Origin: Gracilinanus agilis
Taxonomy: Eukaryota
Direction: 5' to 3'
Assembly (NCBI RefSeq): GCF_016433145.1
Contig: NC_058131.1
Location: 642,406,862-642,470,861, forward strand
DNA length: 64,000 nt
The notes beneath the pieces were generated by a model that did no database searches, was not told where the DNA came from, and worked only from the letters and a program-made list of their open reading frames with translations. Below, piece by piece: positions 13,811 through 27,599 of this stretch. The translations under genes and the position numbers were made by a program. Within the stretch, counting starts at the first letter, position 1, and every line of letters begins with the position of its first letter.

Positions 13811-15962
13811 CAAAGTAAATAATTCTTATGTATTTTATGCCTTCTATGATGCCAGTATGAGTTATGTGCCAGCCACATCTCCTGAAAGGGTATGACCTTG
13901 CTCAAGTTACTTCTCTGAGTTTCAGTTTCCTCCTCTGTAAAAAAGAGACTATTCACTTCTGGTTCTTGTGAAGAAGTGCTTTGTAAACTTTAAAGAGCTA
14001 CATAAATATGTTATTAGTATTAGAAGCTCAAATCCTGAGCAGAGAGAAAGTCTGTTTTATCTGTTTTATTCTGCTCCAGGGATAGATGGTACCATGCATA
14101 ATTTAGCAGTTTAATAAATTCTTCTTGATGACAATCACTTAGGATTTGATCTCTCCCTGTGAAATTTAGTCAAACAATGCACAGAATTTTTTATATATTC
14201 TGTCAATAAGTATGAAGAACCTTGTAAGGGAAATAATTATTCTCTGCCATAACGTGGGGTTCTGTGCTTTGAACTTTTGGAGGCAGGTTATATGATGAAA
14301 ATCCAATTGGGAGAATTTTGATAGGTTTTTCTCTGGAAAATGCATCTTTCTCTGTCTGGCCACGGCCCCCTGTTCTAAGTTCTGAAGCCTAGAATTCTAT
14401 TCGGTAGTGGAAGAAAGGGAGCCACAGATCATCTATTCGAAAGTGTTATAAAATTTTCTATGCTGGTTCTTTGGTTTCCTCTTTAAAAAGTATTTAAATA
14501 GTAATTGCCTTAAAAAATTAAATATTGTGGAAAACTATCCCTAATCAACAATCCACTAAGATAAAAGTTATTTAAAACTAAATTGTGTTATAAGATTTGG
14601 GGAGAAAAGGAAAAAAAAGAGAATTATTTAAGTTTGAAGAATGAAAATCCACTTAGTCTTTTTATTTAATCCCCATTTTTGTCAACTGGAGAAGAAATAT
14701 TCCCTCAAAGTTAGAGTACTTAATGACATGCATTAAAAATCACACAGCTGAATGAAACCTTTCAAGGTCAAAATATCAGATGATATAAAATATCTTAGGA
14801 GACACGAATGCTACACTCTTATCTTTAGCAAAAAACTTGGGCTTCTTTATCAAAGTAATATAATTTTGACAGCCAAAGGAGAAGTGTGGCCAATAAACAT
14901 ACTAGTTCCAACTAAGTAAAATACAATTTTACTTTGAATAAAATAATAAATAAAATAAAAATATACTTGGTCTTAGAATTCTATTATCTTGACTGACTAC
15001 TCCTTCTCCAAATAGCTGTATGAAATATGGATCATGGATTTCTATAGCAAAGACTTTGGGTTCAATCCTGATTCTGCTATCTACTGCCAATGTGACCCTG
15101 AACAAGAACATTTAACTTCTCTAGGCCTCATTTACCTCATCTGTGAAATGATGGAATTGGGCTATATGTCTTTCTAAGCTCATTTCCAGCTCTATGATCA
15201 TATGACTAAGTATAAGTGGTTTCATTTGATCTGTAGGTTGAGGAAGCAAATAATCTGCTTCCCTTCTTTGCAACTAAGTTCAAGAAACAACTGATTACAG
15301 TTTAAAAGTTTAGTTAATCAACATTCAAGTAACTGGTATTTTTCCAAGGGCAGAAGTCACACGGTAGAAAAAGCCACAAGGGTCACAAAGACTCCAAAGT
15401 CCTTTTGTTCTATACTTAAAAGCTGAAGCCTTCCAACAAGCAAGACCTTGAGAAGTCTCTTTGGAAGATTTCATATATGCTAATAACAATAACAAAACAA
15501 CAAAGTTTCTATTATTACACCAGTGTTACAGTTCCCAAAAGCTCAGTGAAGCACACATTTAATCTACTGATTCATTGTTTTAAAAACAGTAATAGTAGCA
15601 GCAATATTATATTTAGATATGAAAAGGGGAAAAGGGCAAAGCTCTCGGAACTTTTTATATGAAGTACTTCAATTCCTGCCTTATGGCTTCAAGTTTTCAG
15701 AGTTCTCAAATTTCATTATTTCATTTCATTATTCTCAACTGAGAACAAAATAAAAACAAAAGCAAAAAGATGGATTTCCTGCTACAAAAACTGAGGTTAG
15801 GGTTGACAATTTATTTGCCAAATTTCATGGGAAAACAGTTTTATCTTGTGACTTTAGGGGGACAAAAGTAATTTTCATGAGGTTGCATTTCTGAAGTCAT
15901 AGGCACTTACTATCATTGAGTTTAATGTAAAAATCAGTGTGCTCTGAGAATGTATAAAACAG

Positions 15963-16134
15963 TAGTGGTGCCAAACTCAAATAGAAATGGGGTAAGGATC
16001 CCTGTGAGCTGCACAACAACTGAGAACACCATAACATGTTTCTATACTTCTTTTTTTTATTACTACATCAACACATTGAAATCAGATAGGAACAAGATTT
16101 TAATCTGGATCAGGCTGCGTATTTGAGACCTCTG
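15963..16134. mobile_element. Old hAT-type MITE
   Basis: Ends are tagtggtgccaaactc and atttgagacctctg. It shares aaatcagataggaac with the inverted copy at 22286. Confidence 0.55.
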
Positions 16135-16623
16135 AACTACAGGATGACTATAGGGCGTCTGTGAATTAGAATCTACTTAAGAATGGTGACTACAAACACC
16201 ATCACTCTATTATATATTTCTTCTTGGTCAAAGTATGGTTTGAGTACTTGCCCCATGGAAATCTGCTCAACAAAACAAGGTTAGGTAAGCAATTACTAGT
16301 AATCTTTGCTTTTTCATAATAATACTCATTACAATAGACCTGAGTAACAAATGCTGTGTTTTTATTCCTTAGGACTTACTGACATGCCTGTCTGATATTC
16401 ATGGATATTGTTGTAAATTATGGGTGGATTCACAGAACCTTAGAGAAGAAGGAATCTCGGAGATAAGTCCAGATGAGCTACTTCATTTTGGAAATGAGGA
16501 GACTCCCAAGATGTGAGGTGGTTTGCTCAAGATCACACTGCCAATTACCAACACAATTACGACTCAAATCAAGGTTTCCTAATTCTCAAACTACCACTGT
16601 TTTTTAAGTTAAATCAAGCTTGA

Positions 16624-16830
16624 GAGGTGACTAGGTACCCGGGTCAGCAGAGTGAGAGCCAGGCCTAGAGACAGAAGGTCCTAGGTTTAAATTTGATCTC
16701 AGATACTTCCTAGCTGTGTGACCTTGGGTAAGTCACTTAACCTCAATTGCCTAGCCCTTGCCATTCCCTCTGGCTTGGAACCAATATACAGTATTGATTC
16801 TAAGACAGAGGGTAAGGATTAAAAAAAAAA
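16624..16830 (+). mobile_element. MAR1/SINE1-related CORE-SINE
   Basis: Core cagatacttcctagctgtgtgaccttggg and tail ggaaccaatatacagtattgattctaagacag. Confidence 0.85.
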
Positions 16831-16967
16831 TTAAGGCTAAACCACACTTCCATCCATGTAAAAGTGACCAAGGAGTGCTCATTTAAAGTGGCTTGGAAAA
16901 ACCATAAATATTCAGTTAATTTCTATTATCTATGTTGCTGGAAGAAAAGATGGAAGACTATAAGGCT

Positions 16968-17056
<89 letters not shown>
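16968..17056. repeat. (GA)n microsatellite
   Basis: Long near-perfect run about 660 nt downstream of exon 4. It reads (CU)n in the pre-mRNA. Confidence 0.98.
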
Positions 17057-17058
<2 letters not shown>

Positions 17059-17715
17059 CTAAAAGTCTTGGTGTGGCTTAAAGCTATAATAGTATAAAAC
17101 TATACTGAGACTTTTGGGATACCTTGTATATTTCTCATTGTCAATTAACAGTCACTTTGGTTTTAGATTATTTTCTCCCCATTAGGTTAGTGTAAGTTGA
17201 TTATCCAGAGTGAAGTCATTCCTGGGTAAATTGAACAAAATGAGTCCTTGAACTTATATAGGAGAACCAGATTGCAGTGATTCCACAAATGTAGAAAACT
17301 CACCTATAGTCAAGTCTAAAATAACCTGTGTGTATATATAGATTATATATAGATATAGGCTTCACTCGGGCTTTTCCTATAATCTTATTTCTGCTACTTC
17401 AGAAGCACATCAACTCATTTTTCTTTTCCTGTAGGTGGTTATCTTCAGGTCTGAAGCCAATTAAATCAGCACGGAATTTGAGAGTTGAAAGAGACTTCAA
17501 CAGCTATCTAGTCCAATTCATACCCAAATAGCAATTCCCAAAATATGTTGTCTTTAATCACATTAGTATTCCACCTTACATCCAAAAGCTACAGTCAGGG
17601 TCTATAGTCAACACCATTTATTTGCTGGAAGGCTTTGAATTACAATGAACAACTGTAAAAACTAGAAAACATATGCAGACAACTTCTATTTTTAGAGAAT
17701 ATCTCAAACACTTAC

Positions 17716-17772
17716 TGTTAAGTGCCATAATGTTATCTGTTCCTGGGTGATGGAAATTTATTCCCATGCGTC
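17716..17772 (-). CDS. CPEB3: CPEB3 coding exon 4 (57 nt, phase 1-1)
   Basis: Acceptor ttttatttatttatttttAG, then GA CGC ATG GGA ATA AAT TTC CAT CAC CCA GGA ACA GAT AAC ATT ATG GCA CTT AAC A, then donor GTAAGT. Translation (G)RMGINFHHPGTDNIMALN matches the recalled human CPEB3. Confidence 0.96.
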
Positions 17773-20315
17773 CTAAAAATAAATAAATAAAATTTGGTGA
17801 ACATGATGAATAAAAAAAAAGTCTAAATGTTCAAATTAATAGCCTCAGAACTATTATGTACAGAACATCCCAAGGAGCTAAAAAACCACCAAAAAAAAAA
17901 CCCACAAAAAAAAAAAACAACCCAGAAGGTGTTAACATTTTAAATCTGTTGGTGGAAACAAGTATTACAGAGGTTTTAAAAATAAAACCATAAAAGTATG
18001 CATATGCAAGTCTCAGAATCATGCCAAATCCAAGATTAAGCCAGAGACTTCTGTTATAAAACTGAGAATTTAGCAGACTCCAATATGTATTAGTAAATCA
18101 GAATTAGAAATGAAACTCTCTGGATTAAGCTTTTAGTCTATATTTAATTTCTCACCTTGACCTTTTGATCCAAGTAACAAAATGACACAGATAAATAAAG
18201 GTTATGTACTTTGGTACTTGGAAGGAACAGAAAAGGCAGGATTCTCTTAATAATTTAGCATCTAACCATAAGAATAGAGACAGGGAGAAAGGTAACATAA
18301 CAGCCTCAATCTTTGGTATATGGTCAAGAATAGAGTAGTTGGGAAGAGGAAGAGAGATCCATGGCTTCAAAGATAGAGAACTCCCTCCCTACACAGCTAC
18401 AGATAGCTAACTAGACTAGAACAGTCTTAGAAAGTTGTCTGAGACACTGAAAAGTTAACAAGAGTCTTTTCCCAGTCACACAGTTATTATGTGAATTGAA
18501 TCCAAGTCCTACTAAGATCAGTCCTCTAACTTCTAGTCATAATGAGGTATAGATAGCAACAATCAATTATAAAATTTTAATTGAAAGAGGTCATCCAGTC
18601 AAATCTCCTCAGTTTTACAGGGTGAAGAAGCTGAATCGCAAAGTAAAGGAAATAATTTGTCCAAGGACACACTACTACTACTGGTCTGTAGCCAAGTAGG
18701 GAGTGACTCTCAATTCCTGTGATTCACAGTCTATTGCTCTGTTCTACTATATAACCATCCTGACTTCCCCTAAATTTAAGTACTCAGAATTGCTATGTGG
18801 TTTTTGTTGATAGGTTCTTAGAACATTGGAACAATCACTTCTGGACTAATAAAATGGCAACAGCCAGATACTTAGCAATTCTGCTTAAAAGGCATAAAAT
18901 ATGCTTCCTGGAAATAGTGCTTTTAGCTTAAATTTCCCATTTTTACTTTTGGCTTTGCCAGATGGTCTTTGATGACCTCCAGGCTGGTCATAAATTCTCC
19001 AAACAGTATCATGTCTTCCCATCAACCCCAAAGCCAAACTCTTACATATTATGCCTCCCTCATCTAGAGTGGAATTCCTTGAAAGTAGGTTTGCTTTTTC
19101 TATTTAGTTCCCCAGCCCTTCACATCATGCTAGGCATATGGAAAGCACTTAATAAATTTTTTTTAGTTCATTTCACTTATTAGAAGAAATTTTCACTACA
19201 CAGCAATAGAGAAGGGTATTAAAAATTTCCAAAAGATTGGGGATTACTCTTTTAAAAGCCTTTCAGAAATTTAGAATGACTCAAAAGCACCCCTTCAAAT
19301 CTGGCATATGCCCTCTTATGAAAGTGAGACAGAGAGGGAGGAAGGGATAGAGAGAGGGAAAGGAAGGGGAGAGGGAGAGAAAGAGAGAAATACATTATTA
19401 ATCTCAACTTAGAATACTCTGCCATTTTCTGAAACAAGGTCATAGCAGTTCATAAAATATTATGCAATTGTTCAGCAATCCTGTTTAGAAACAAAACAAA
19501 CAAAACCCCCATGCATTCCAATAATCATTTAAATCAGTAAAAGATCATTCCATACTATAGAAGCAATGATATTTGGACCCTCTCTGCATGTTTAAAAAAG
19601 AATTTTAAAGTGGCAATAGAACAGTTTCATCTTGACTTCCTATGCAAGCCTTTAAGCAAGGTTTTAAGAGAAAACTAGAAGGCAGTGGTTTCTTGCAACA
19701 AAAGACTCTACATGACTGAAAAACAGGAGTTTTATTATTTCTTTTATTCTTAATACTTACAGTCTGCTTATAATCACCTTCTAATTTCCTTAGTCTACTC
19801 AAAAACATCATGAATAACCATAAGGACATAAATATCCAATTACTTCTCTTATCATATAATGAAATTGAGATCAAGAGAAAGAAGTGACTTGTCTGATGCC
19901 TAAGAATTGGTTAGAGGAAGAATTAGAACCCAAGTCTCCAGAAGGCTGGGGAAGTAGAAGGCAGAAAACCAATAGTAGTAACCTAATAATGTTTAGATTC
20001 TTCTACCTTTAGTTCTGACTTAATAGGCTTCCACTGAAAGCAAAAAATGAGACAGGGCTGTTAAAATACTGTCTCTGCATCCCTAGTGAAGCACATAACA
20101 TTAATTTGACTTGCCTGTAAAATGTGCATTTCTGAAGCATTGCAGAAAGCATTTAAAAATTTTCCTACACAAAAGTGATTAGTAAATATTGGAAGGGAGA
20201 TATTCCATATAAAATATTAAGAATAAAGGAAAAAAATTCCCTAAACATGTGTGCTCCTACAAAGAACGATAGTATTCTTTTATCAGACACAAATAGCAAT
20301 TTGGAATACCCTTTT

Positions 20316-20520
20316 TAAAAAAACCCTTATCTTCTTGTCTTTGCCTCAGAATCAAAACTAGGTATTGGTTCCAAGGCAGACGAGAGGGAAGGGCTAGGCA
20401 AATGAGGTTAAGTGGCTTGCCCAAGGTCACACAGTTAGGAAGTATCGGAGGCCAGATTTAAACCTGGGACCTCTCATCTCCAGGCTTGGCTCTCTATCTA
20501 ATGAGCCACATAGCTGCCCC
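20316..20520 (-). mobile_element. MAR1/SINE1-related CORE-SINE
   Basis: Reverse core and head. Approximate TSD aataccc/ctttt. Confidence 0.85.
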
Positions 20521-22285
20521 TCAAATACCTTTTTTAATTTTCCTAAGGATGCAGAAGTACTTTTCAAAAAATTCATGTTCAATTCTTATGCTTTCTTCTT
20601 CATTATCTTAAGTCATTTTAGGAGACTTCTAAATAAAAAGAAGTTGTGGACGACTGTAGTAATATTCCACTAGCGTAGAGTCATGACCCTGCTTCCCAAA
20701 ATAACACATCACAGAGAGAAGTCCCATGGCTTTGCATGAATTTATACACATTTTCTGAGGATGGGAGTAGAAACAGTTACACAAAGTTTTCAATAATCCA
20801 CATCAATGTTCCTTTCATCACTGGTTCAGATAATCAAGAGTTCATTTATGTTTATTAATGCCATTTTAACATAGAAAAAATGAATGTTATTGTGTTAAGA
20901 GCTGGAAGGGAACTTAGCTATCATTTAGCTCAATGCCTCCATTTTACAGATAGGGCAACTGAGGCTATAATTTGCCCAAGCTTATGCAGCTAGTTAAAGG
21001 TTAGTTCTGGGACCTGAACTGTCTCCTTATCATTTTCATGTACAGAGCCTATTTCCACTTAATAGGCTCGATCATTTACTCTAAATTAGCTAACAGTCCT
21101 ACTTTCTAATTATTTCAATGCAAATTTGGCATGTGTAGACTCTCAGACTGTTAGAACAGGAAGAGGCCACTAAGAGACCATCAAATGCAAACTTCTCACT
21201 TTGCAGAGGAGGAAAATGAAATCCAAAACTAGTCCAAGTTAATGCAGCAAGTTAGTGGCAGAATCAGACACTAGGGACTTGTATTCCAGACTCCTAGACC
21301 ACTGTTCTGACCTCTTCATCCTTCTTAGATAAGAAGTCAGAGTGAAAATTTTCTCTTGTCAGTTACAAATACTCAAAACTAATCTGTCAAAAGAACTTAA
21401 ATCTCACAATTTTAATCATAAATCAAAAATCCAACAGAAATAACGAGTCATAGACAGTCATATAGCCATAATTTCTATAGAAAAATGAAGAGCTATAACC
21501 CAAGACAATGCCACATTGCCTTAATAGCCCTTTAAAGATTTATTGCCTATGAATGTCAAGAAACCCCTTCTGGAACCCAGTTCAAGGTGCTAATTCCAGT
21601 AATCTATAAATAATCATTTTTTAAGGTGTTTTCCCTTCCGACTTCAAGGGATGCTTCTTCCTGATTCCAGTGTTTCTGAAATTTGTTCAATAAACCAACA
21701 CCTGTTCTATCCTGGGCCCCATAATGTTTGAGAGGTTGATCATCTCTCTCTCTCGGCTTTGCCTTTCTCAACCAAAATGCTCAACCAAAATTTTCATTTA
21801 ACTTCACCCTTAAAAGCAGCTAGCTCTACCCTGTGTTCTTTTCAATGGCCCTAAAAACTTTCACCACCCTTGGGAGCATCCTCCTTGAGAAAAAGCAGCA
21901 AGAAGGAAAATAGTTACCAAGAGTATTAGTCAGTATTTTGTACAATGGTAAATCTCTCTGTCTCTCTCTGTCTCTCTGTCTGTCTGTCGTCTCTCTTCCC
22001 CCCCATACACCTATACCCCCCCCACCCTCCTTCCCTTTTCTGTATGTGTGTGTGTGTGTTTTGGACATTGCCTCACTTTTTGGGGTCAGAGCTGAGTGAA
22101 CAGAATATTAGAACTAGGAAGGAAGTTAGAAATCAGTGGTTGAGTAAGAAGAGCAATAACTTTGTAGACAGAACACCTAGATTCTAATCCTACTTAACAG
22201 TGTTACCTTGGTTAAACTAGACTATCTCTTTGGGACTCAGTTTCCCCATTTGTAAATTGAGGAAAGGGAAGGGTTGGTCTAGATC

Positions 22286-22493
22286 CAAGGTGTCAAACAT
22301 GCAGCCCACAACATTCCTGAGTGGACCCAAACCAGATTATGATATAGTTCCTTTCTGATTTTAATGCATTGATATAGTAATAATAAAAAAAAGGAATACA
22401 TAAACATGGGTGGTTATCTAAGTCCATTTGCATCTTCAGGGATTCTCATGTATGATTTAGTGACTCTGATTCCATTGGAGTTTGAGATCACTG
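22286..22493. mobile_element. Old hAT-type MITE nested in a MIR (same family as 15963, opposite orientation)
   Basis: Ends are caaggtgtcaaac and gtttgagatcactg. It splits MIR sequence between about 22130 and 22530. Confidence 0.6.
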
Positions 22494-22959
22494 GTTTATG
22501 ATCTAAGACTCCTTCTAGTTCTTAATTTGTCACCCTGTGAATGTGTTTCTAATTTCTAAGGCTAGAAAGGTGGGGTCCCCTAAGGCTCACAGAAGCTAAT
22601 TGACTTAACCAAGGTCACAGAACTAGCCAGTTAATGTTGTAACCAAGACCAAAATCCAAATCTCTTCGACTCCTAGACTGGTGTTGTTTCAACTACACAA
22701 TATTGTATATTAGCACAGAATTTGTCATTTTTATAAGTATAGAATTTTTTCAAATTCTGTCCAAATTTTGTATCCTACCATAGTTTTTAATATAATCAAT
22801 AATTAGGTCTCTAGTTTCACTCCATTTTCAAGTTCTATAGTGATTAAAAAGTTGGCATGTTAATAGAAAATAAAGCATACTAAAAAGATAACCTGAATCC
22901 AACTTCAAAATCCAGCTTCCTTTTTTGTCTTCTTTGTCCAACAAAAACTGCTGTTTAAT

Positions 22960-23115
22960 CAGCTACAAAAATAGAATCAAGTGTGTGACATCTGGTGATT
23001 TTGGTTAATGCAGCCTGGTGCTGCTAGTGTGACATTTTGTCACCTGCCCCTGGTCTGCTATTTTTAAATTGTTCCTGTCAGCTATCTTCTAAATGTACTA
23101 TAAAATATAAGCCTT
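22960..23115. promoter_or_regulatory. Candidate intronic enhancer (MEF2 site, TGACA cluster, E-box)
   Basis: CTATTTTTAA at 23058-23067, four TGACA/TGTCA sites (22986, 23030, 23038, 23076) and CACCTG at 23041, all in repeat-free sequence. Confidence 0.35.
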
Positions 23116-23997
23116 CAAGAGCTAGAAAATATACATGGTAAAATGAGCTTGTGGAAATTCTACAATGTGCCCCACTTTCCAACTATATAGTACCCAGAAT
23201 TGGGAGGTCTGGGGGAAGAACAAGCTTTCACAAGATTAATGATGCCAAAAATATGGAGGATCAAGCATACTTTTTAATTTTTACTAATATAAATCTATAC
23301 ATTAAATGAGGTTGGTCATGGAAAGTGTTGACTATTCAAATAGTGTTCTAAGTCACAAAGATCTTAATTACTAAAATCATTTTTTCTAAAAATCTAAAGT
23401 GAATTGGGTTGTTTTTTTTTTAATTTAAAAAATGGGTACAATGCCACTTCACAGTGTTTCAATAGACAAGAAATTTCCTAACAGTCCTCCACTACTCCCC
23501 TCTCCTCAAAGTAGAAATGTATCTAAACTAATGCAACATGTCCTCCTGGTGCCAATACATCTTCCTGAAAAGGCTATCTATAAATAAATATCTATATTTT
23601 CTATACCAAATCTGATTTTCATCTGAATTATCCATTTAGAACTATCCCTAGAGCTAAGGGCCATCTTGTTCAGCCTCTCATTTTACAGAAGAAAAAACTG
23701 AAATCTTGAGGGACAGTGGCCTGCCTACCTTACTCAGGTAACAAGAGTCAAAGCCAGGATCTGAAAGCATGTTCTTTGACTCTGGGAGTGTTATGGGCCA
23801 TTATCTATCATTGTGCCTCGTGCCTCATTGATTTTGACTGTAAAATTGGAGCTACAGCTTCTCCATTATCAAAACACGTAAGAATTGATCCAAAGAATTT
23901 TAAATCATTCTGATAAAAAGATGGCAATTTTTCTGATACAAATAATAATCAAAATATCCAATTGTCTACAGTTATTTTAAATATTTAGTATACTAAC

Positions 23998-24505
23998 CAA
24001 TAGGTGGTGCAATGGATAGAGTGCCAGGCCTGGAGTCAGGAAGACTCAACTTTCTCAGTTCAAATCTGGCCTTAGACACTTCCTAGCTGTGTGACCCTGG
24101 GCAAGTCGCTTACCCCCATTTGCCTCAATTTTTCTTCTGCAAAATGAGCTGGAGAAGGACATGGCAAACCACTCCAATATCTTTGCTAAGAAAACTTCAA
24201 ATGGGATCACAAAGAGTTGACCATGATTGAAAATGAATCAACAACTAGTGAGGCCGCTAGGTGATGCAATGGACAGAGTGAAGGGCCTGGAGTTTGAAAA
24301 GACTCACTTTACTAAGTTTAAATCTGGCCTTAGACACTTCCTAGCTGTGTGACCCTGATCAAGGACCCTGTTTATCCTCAGTTTCTCAACTGCAAAATGA
24401 GCTAGAGAAGGAAATGACAAACCACTCTAATATTTTTTCAAGAAAACATCAAATGGGGTCATGAACAGTCAGACATGATTGAAATGACTGGCCAAAAACA
24501 ACTGG
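23998..24505 (+). mobile_element. Head-to-tail pair of MAR1-type SINEs with RTE-like tails
   Basis: Two copies of taggtg(g/a)tgcaatgga...gctggagaaggaaatggcaaaccactc...gactgaacaac-like sequence, at about 23998-24245 and 24250-24505. Confidence 0.85.
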
Positions 24506-24523
24506 CTTAGGATACACACAAAA

Positions 24524-24608
24524 AAAAGAAAAGAAAAGAAAAGAAAAGAAAAGAAAAGAAAAGAAAAGAAAAGAAAAGAAAAGAAAAGAAAAGAAAAGAA
24601 AAGAAAAG
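24524..24608. repeat. (AAAAG)n microsatellite
   Basis: About 17 perfect pentamer units. Confidence 0.98.
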
Positions 24609-25769
24609 CAGTAGACGGACTGAACTGAAGAAAGTGTGGTAAAAAAAAAAATAGACTGGCTTTCCCCAAGATTATATTGCAGGACTAACTACAGCTTTTT
24701 GGCAGCTCAGAATATGAACCCTTGGAAGTCTGTGGCAATGGTTGGCTTTTAGGCATGAATAGATTAATGAGGAAGAGACCGACACAAATAGAGAGACAGA
24801 GAGTGAGAGAGAGAAAGAGTGAGAGAGGGAAAACTGACACTCAACAGAATTTTTGATTGAATCTAACAGTAAACAAACAAATGGGCCAATCTATATTGCA
24901 TACCTAGTAGAAGGGAACACATTCACAGAAGCACAAGGCCAAGGGAACCACAAAGGTTCTGTAAAGCAAACTTGCCAATGTGTCACCACTGGCAGCTTGA
25001 TTTGTTCCAAAATGGCCCGTTTTTATACATTTAATTTCTGCATAAAGAGGTATGCTATTATAATAACCATGAAAAGATTATTCTTACCTCCTCTCCCCAA
25101 ATCTCTAGCTACAATTTCACTCAGTTTTTGTTCAAATGTACTAAAGAGACTTTAAATGGGTAAATTTACCAGAATAGCTAATGTTTCCCTGGCTGTTTCA
25201 GTATATACATTACATTCTAAAAACAAATCTATTGGTATTGATTCTCCACACACACCTGCTCCTTTCATTTTGCTAATCTCAGTTTCATGGTTTTCTGGTC
25301 AGAATAAAGACAAAGAAAATTTAGCCAGGAAAAAAGTACCCGGTGAGGGCAGATGAAGGAACTCAATTAGAGCCACAATCTTGGGCCATTTGGTTTGGTT
25401 TCTGTATGGTTTGTTTTGCTTTTGTTGTTTTAAACTCCCAATTTAGAGATGTGATAGAGGCAGAATGAGGAGAACATGGCTTATATTAAGTCCTGCAATA
25501 AGAAACCTCCTACAAGAGGCAGATGATTAGTCCTTGAGGGGAGCAGGGCAAATGCCTCAGAGAATCACCTTTGCCTGGCACGTGTTACTGCTGGCAGGGA
25601 ATATGCCACTCACTATTCTTCCTTCTATATTCTGCCCAGGTCTCTTAGTCCTCATTATCACTACCAACTATAGGTGGCAAGATCAAAAATAAAGCTCTGT
25701 CATTTGGAGGAGATGTTTCCTTGCCATTGGGTAGTAGAAAAGACTGTGGTTAAGCAGCTTGATGGAATG

Positions 25770-26130
25770 AAGGGAGAGCACTAGTAATGGACCCAGGAGA
25801 TCTGGGTTTAAGTTCCAACTCTCCCATCTACTAGTCATTTGACCTTGAGTAAGTTTATATGTTCATCTCTATGGGACTTGTGTTCCTCTTCTGTAAAATG
25901 AAGGTAGGTTAGAAAAGGTCCTTATGATCCTTTCAGCTCCCAAAGGTGTGATTCTATAAATGGCATACTCTACATGAAAATACTTTGTAAAATGTAAAAC
26001 ATCACAATAGTCTAAGAGAAAAAGGCCTGACATTGGAGCCAAAAGACATGGATTTAAGATCTAACTCTGTTACTACCTATGTGGTTTGGGGTACTATTTG
26101 GGATTCAGTTTATTCATCTGTAAAATAGAG
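25770..26130 (+). mobile_element. Two adjacent MIR/MIR3 fragments
   Basis: Two core motifs, cctcttctgtaaaatg and ttcatctgtaaaatag. Confidence 0.65.
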
Positions 26131-27155
26131 GGCATACATTCTCCATTTGGCAAATGGTCAAAAGATAGGAAAAAGTAGTTTTCAGATGAAGAAATCAAAG
26201 CTATCAATAATCAGATGAAAAAATGTTCCAAACCACTCTTGATTAGGGAAATGCAAATTAAAACAACTCTGAGGTACCACCTCAAACCTATCAGATTGGC
26301 AAATATGACAGTAAAGACAAGTAATAAATATTAAAGAGGATGTGCAAATTTGGGACACTAATGCATTGTTGGTGGAATTGTGAACTGATCCAACCATTCT
26401 GGAGGCCAATTTGGAACTATGCCTGAAGGGCTGGGCTGTAAGACAATGCATACCCTTTGATCCTATAAAACCACTAGTTGGTCTATATTCCAAAGAGATT
26501 TTAAAAAGGGGAAAGGAATTACTTGTACAAAAATATTTGGAGCAGTTCTTTTTGTGGTGACAAAGAATTGGAAATTTAGGGGATGTCCCTCAATTGGGGA
26601 ATGGCTGAACAAATTATGGTATATGATTGGTGATGGAATACTATTGGGCTGTTAAAAATGATGAACAAGATGATTTCAGAAAAAGCTGGAAAGACCTACA
26701 TGAACTGATGCGGAGCAAAATGAGAACAAGAACACTATACAATAACATCAATCTTGTAGAATGATCAATTGTGAAAGACTTAGCTGTTCTCAGAAATATA
26801 ATGATCCAGGACAATTCTGAAGGACTTATGTCAAAGAATGCTATCCACCTCCAGAGAAAGATCCATTGGAGTTGGAATGCAAAATCAAAGCATACTATTT
26901 TTTACTTTAGTCTATTTGGATTTCATTTGGGAGTTTTGGCTTTATATGTGCATTCTCTTAAAACAATAAACGATATGTAAATATGTTTTGCATGATAATA
27001 CATGTATAGCTCAGAACAAACTGCTTACCATCTTTGGGAAGAGGTAGGAAGTGGGGAGCAACTTGGATCGTATAATCTCAGAAAACTTATGTGGAAAATT
27101 GTTATTACGTGTAACTGGTAAAATAAAATAACTTTATTAAAAATAAAATAAAATA
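26131..27155 (+). mobile_element. L1 3' fragment (ORF2 C-terminus remnant plus 3' UTR and A-rich tail)
   Basis: Contains the L1 ORF2 motifs attagggaaatgcaaattaaaacaactctgaggtaccacctc and tgttggtggaattgtgaactgatccaaccattctgg. The tail is A-rich. Confidence 0.92.
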
Positions 27156-27599
27156 GAGGGAACAGATGACTTCTAAGGTGGTTTGTAGCTCCAAATTAAT
27201 GATTCTACGTGTGAACCAGCATTGATCATCATTATTAATAAAAGTATTGGAGTGAAGGAATTGGTATTATTGGCTCACTTCCCTTTCATTTCAGGCATCA
27301 CAAACCAGAAAACCCAATCTCACCTATGTAGATATTCCCCTGCAGCTATGAGGGAAAGTTACCTTTCCCTTAGTTAAAAAAGCTGGAACAAGATAAACTC
27401 CTCTTTAATAACATCTCTGCCCTTGAATAAGTATTTCAGTAGAGTGTGAGCTACTTGACAAGAAGTGGTTTTCCATTTTGTTTCTGTAGCCTTATGTTAA
27501 GTACAGTACATAGTAAATACTTAAATACTTGTTGGCTAGATATCTTCATCATTTTGCTGTTTTCCTTCCTCTAAAATATATTGTCTTTTCTTGTGTAAT

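Noticed and set aside
14364-14374. 11-nt match to the ribozyme 5' end (minus strand AACAGGGGGCC), a possible second ribozyme copy
   Set aside because: The following sequence lacks the P2, P3, P1-3' and P4 elements and the catalytic C. It is treated as a chance match.
1-17700. Search for the 24-nt CPEB3 microexon (TRSYGRRR-like) and the next exon (…SLFPFEDAFLDDSHG…)
   Set aside because: I found no matching codons with splice sites by eye. These exons probably lie beyond the window start.
26182-26493. 103-aa ORF
   Set aside because: Antisense reading of a decayed L1 ORF2 fragment.
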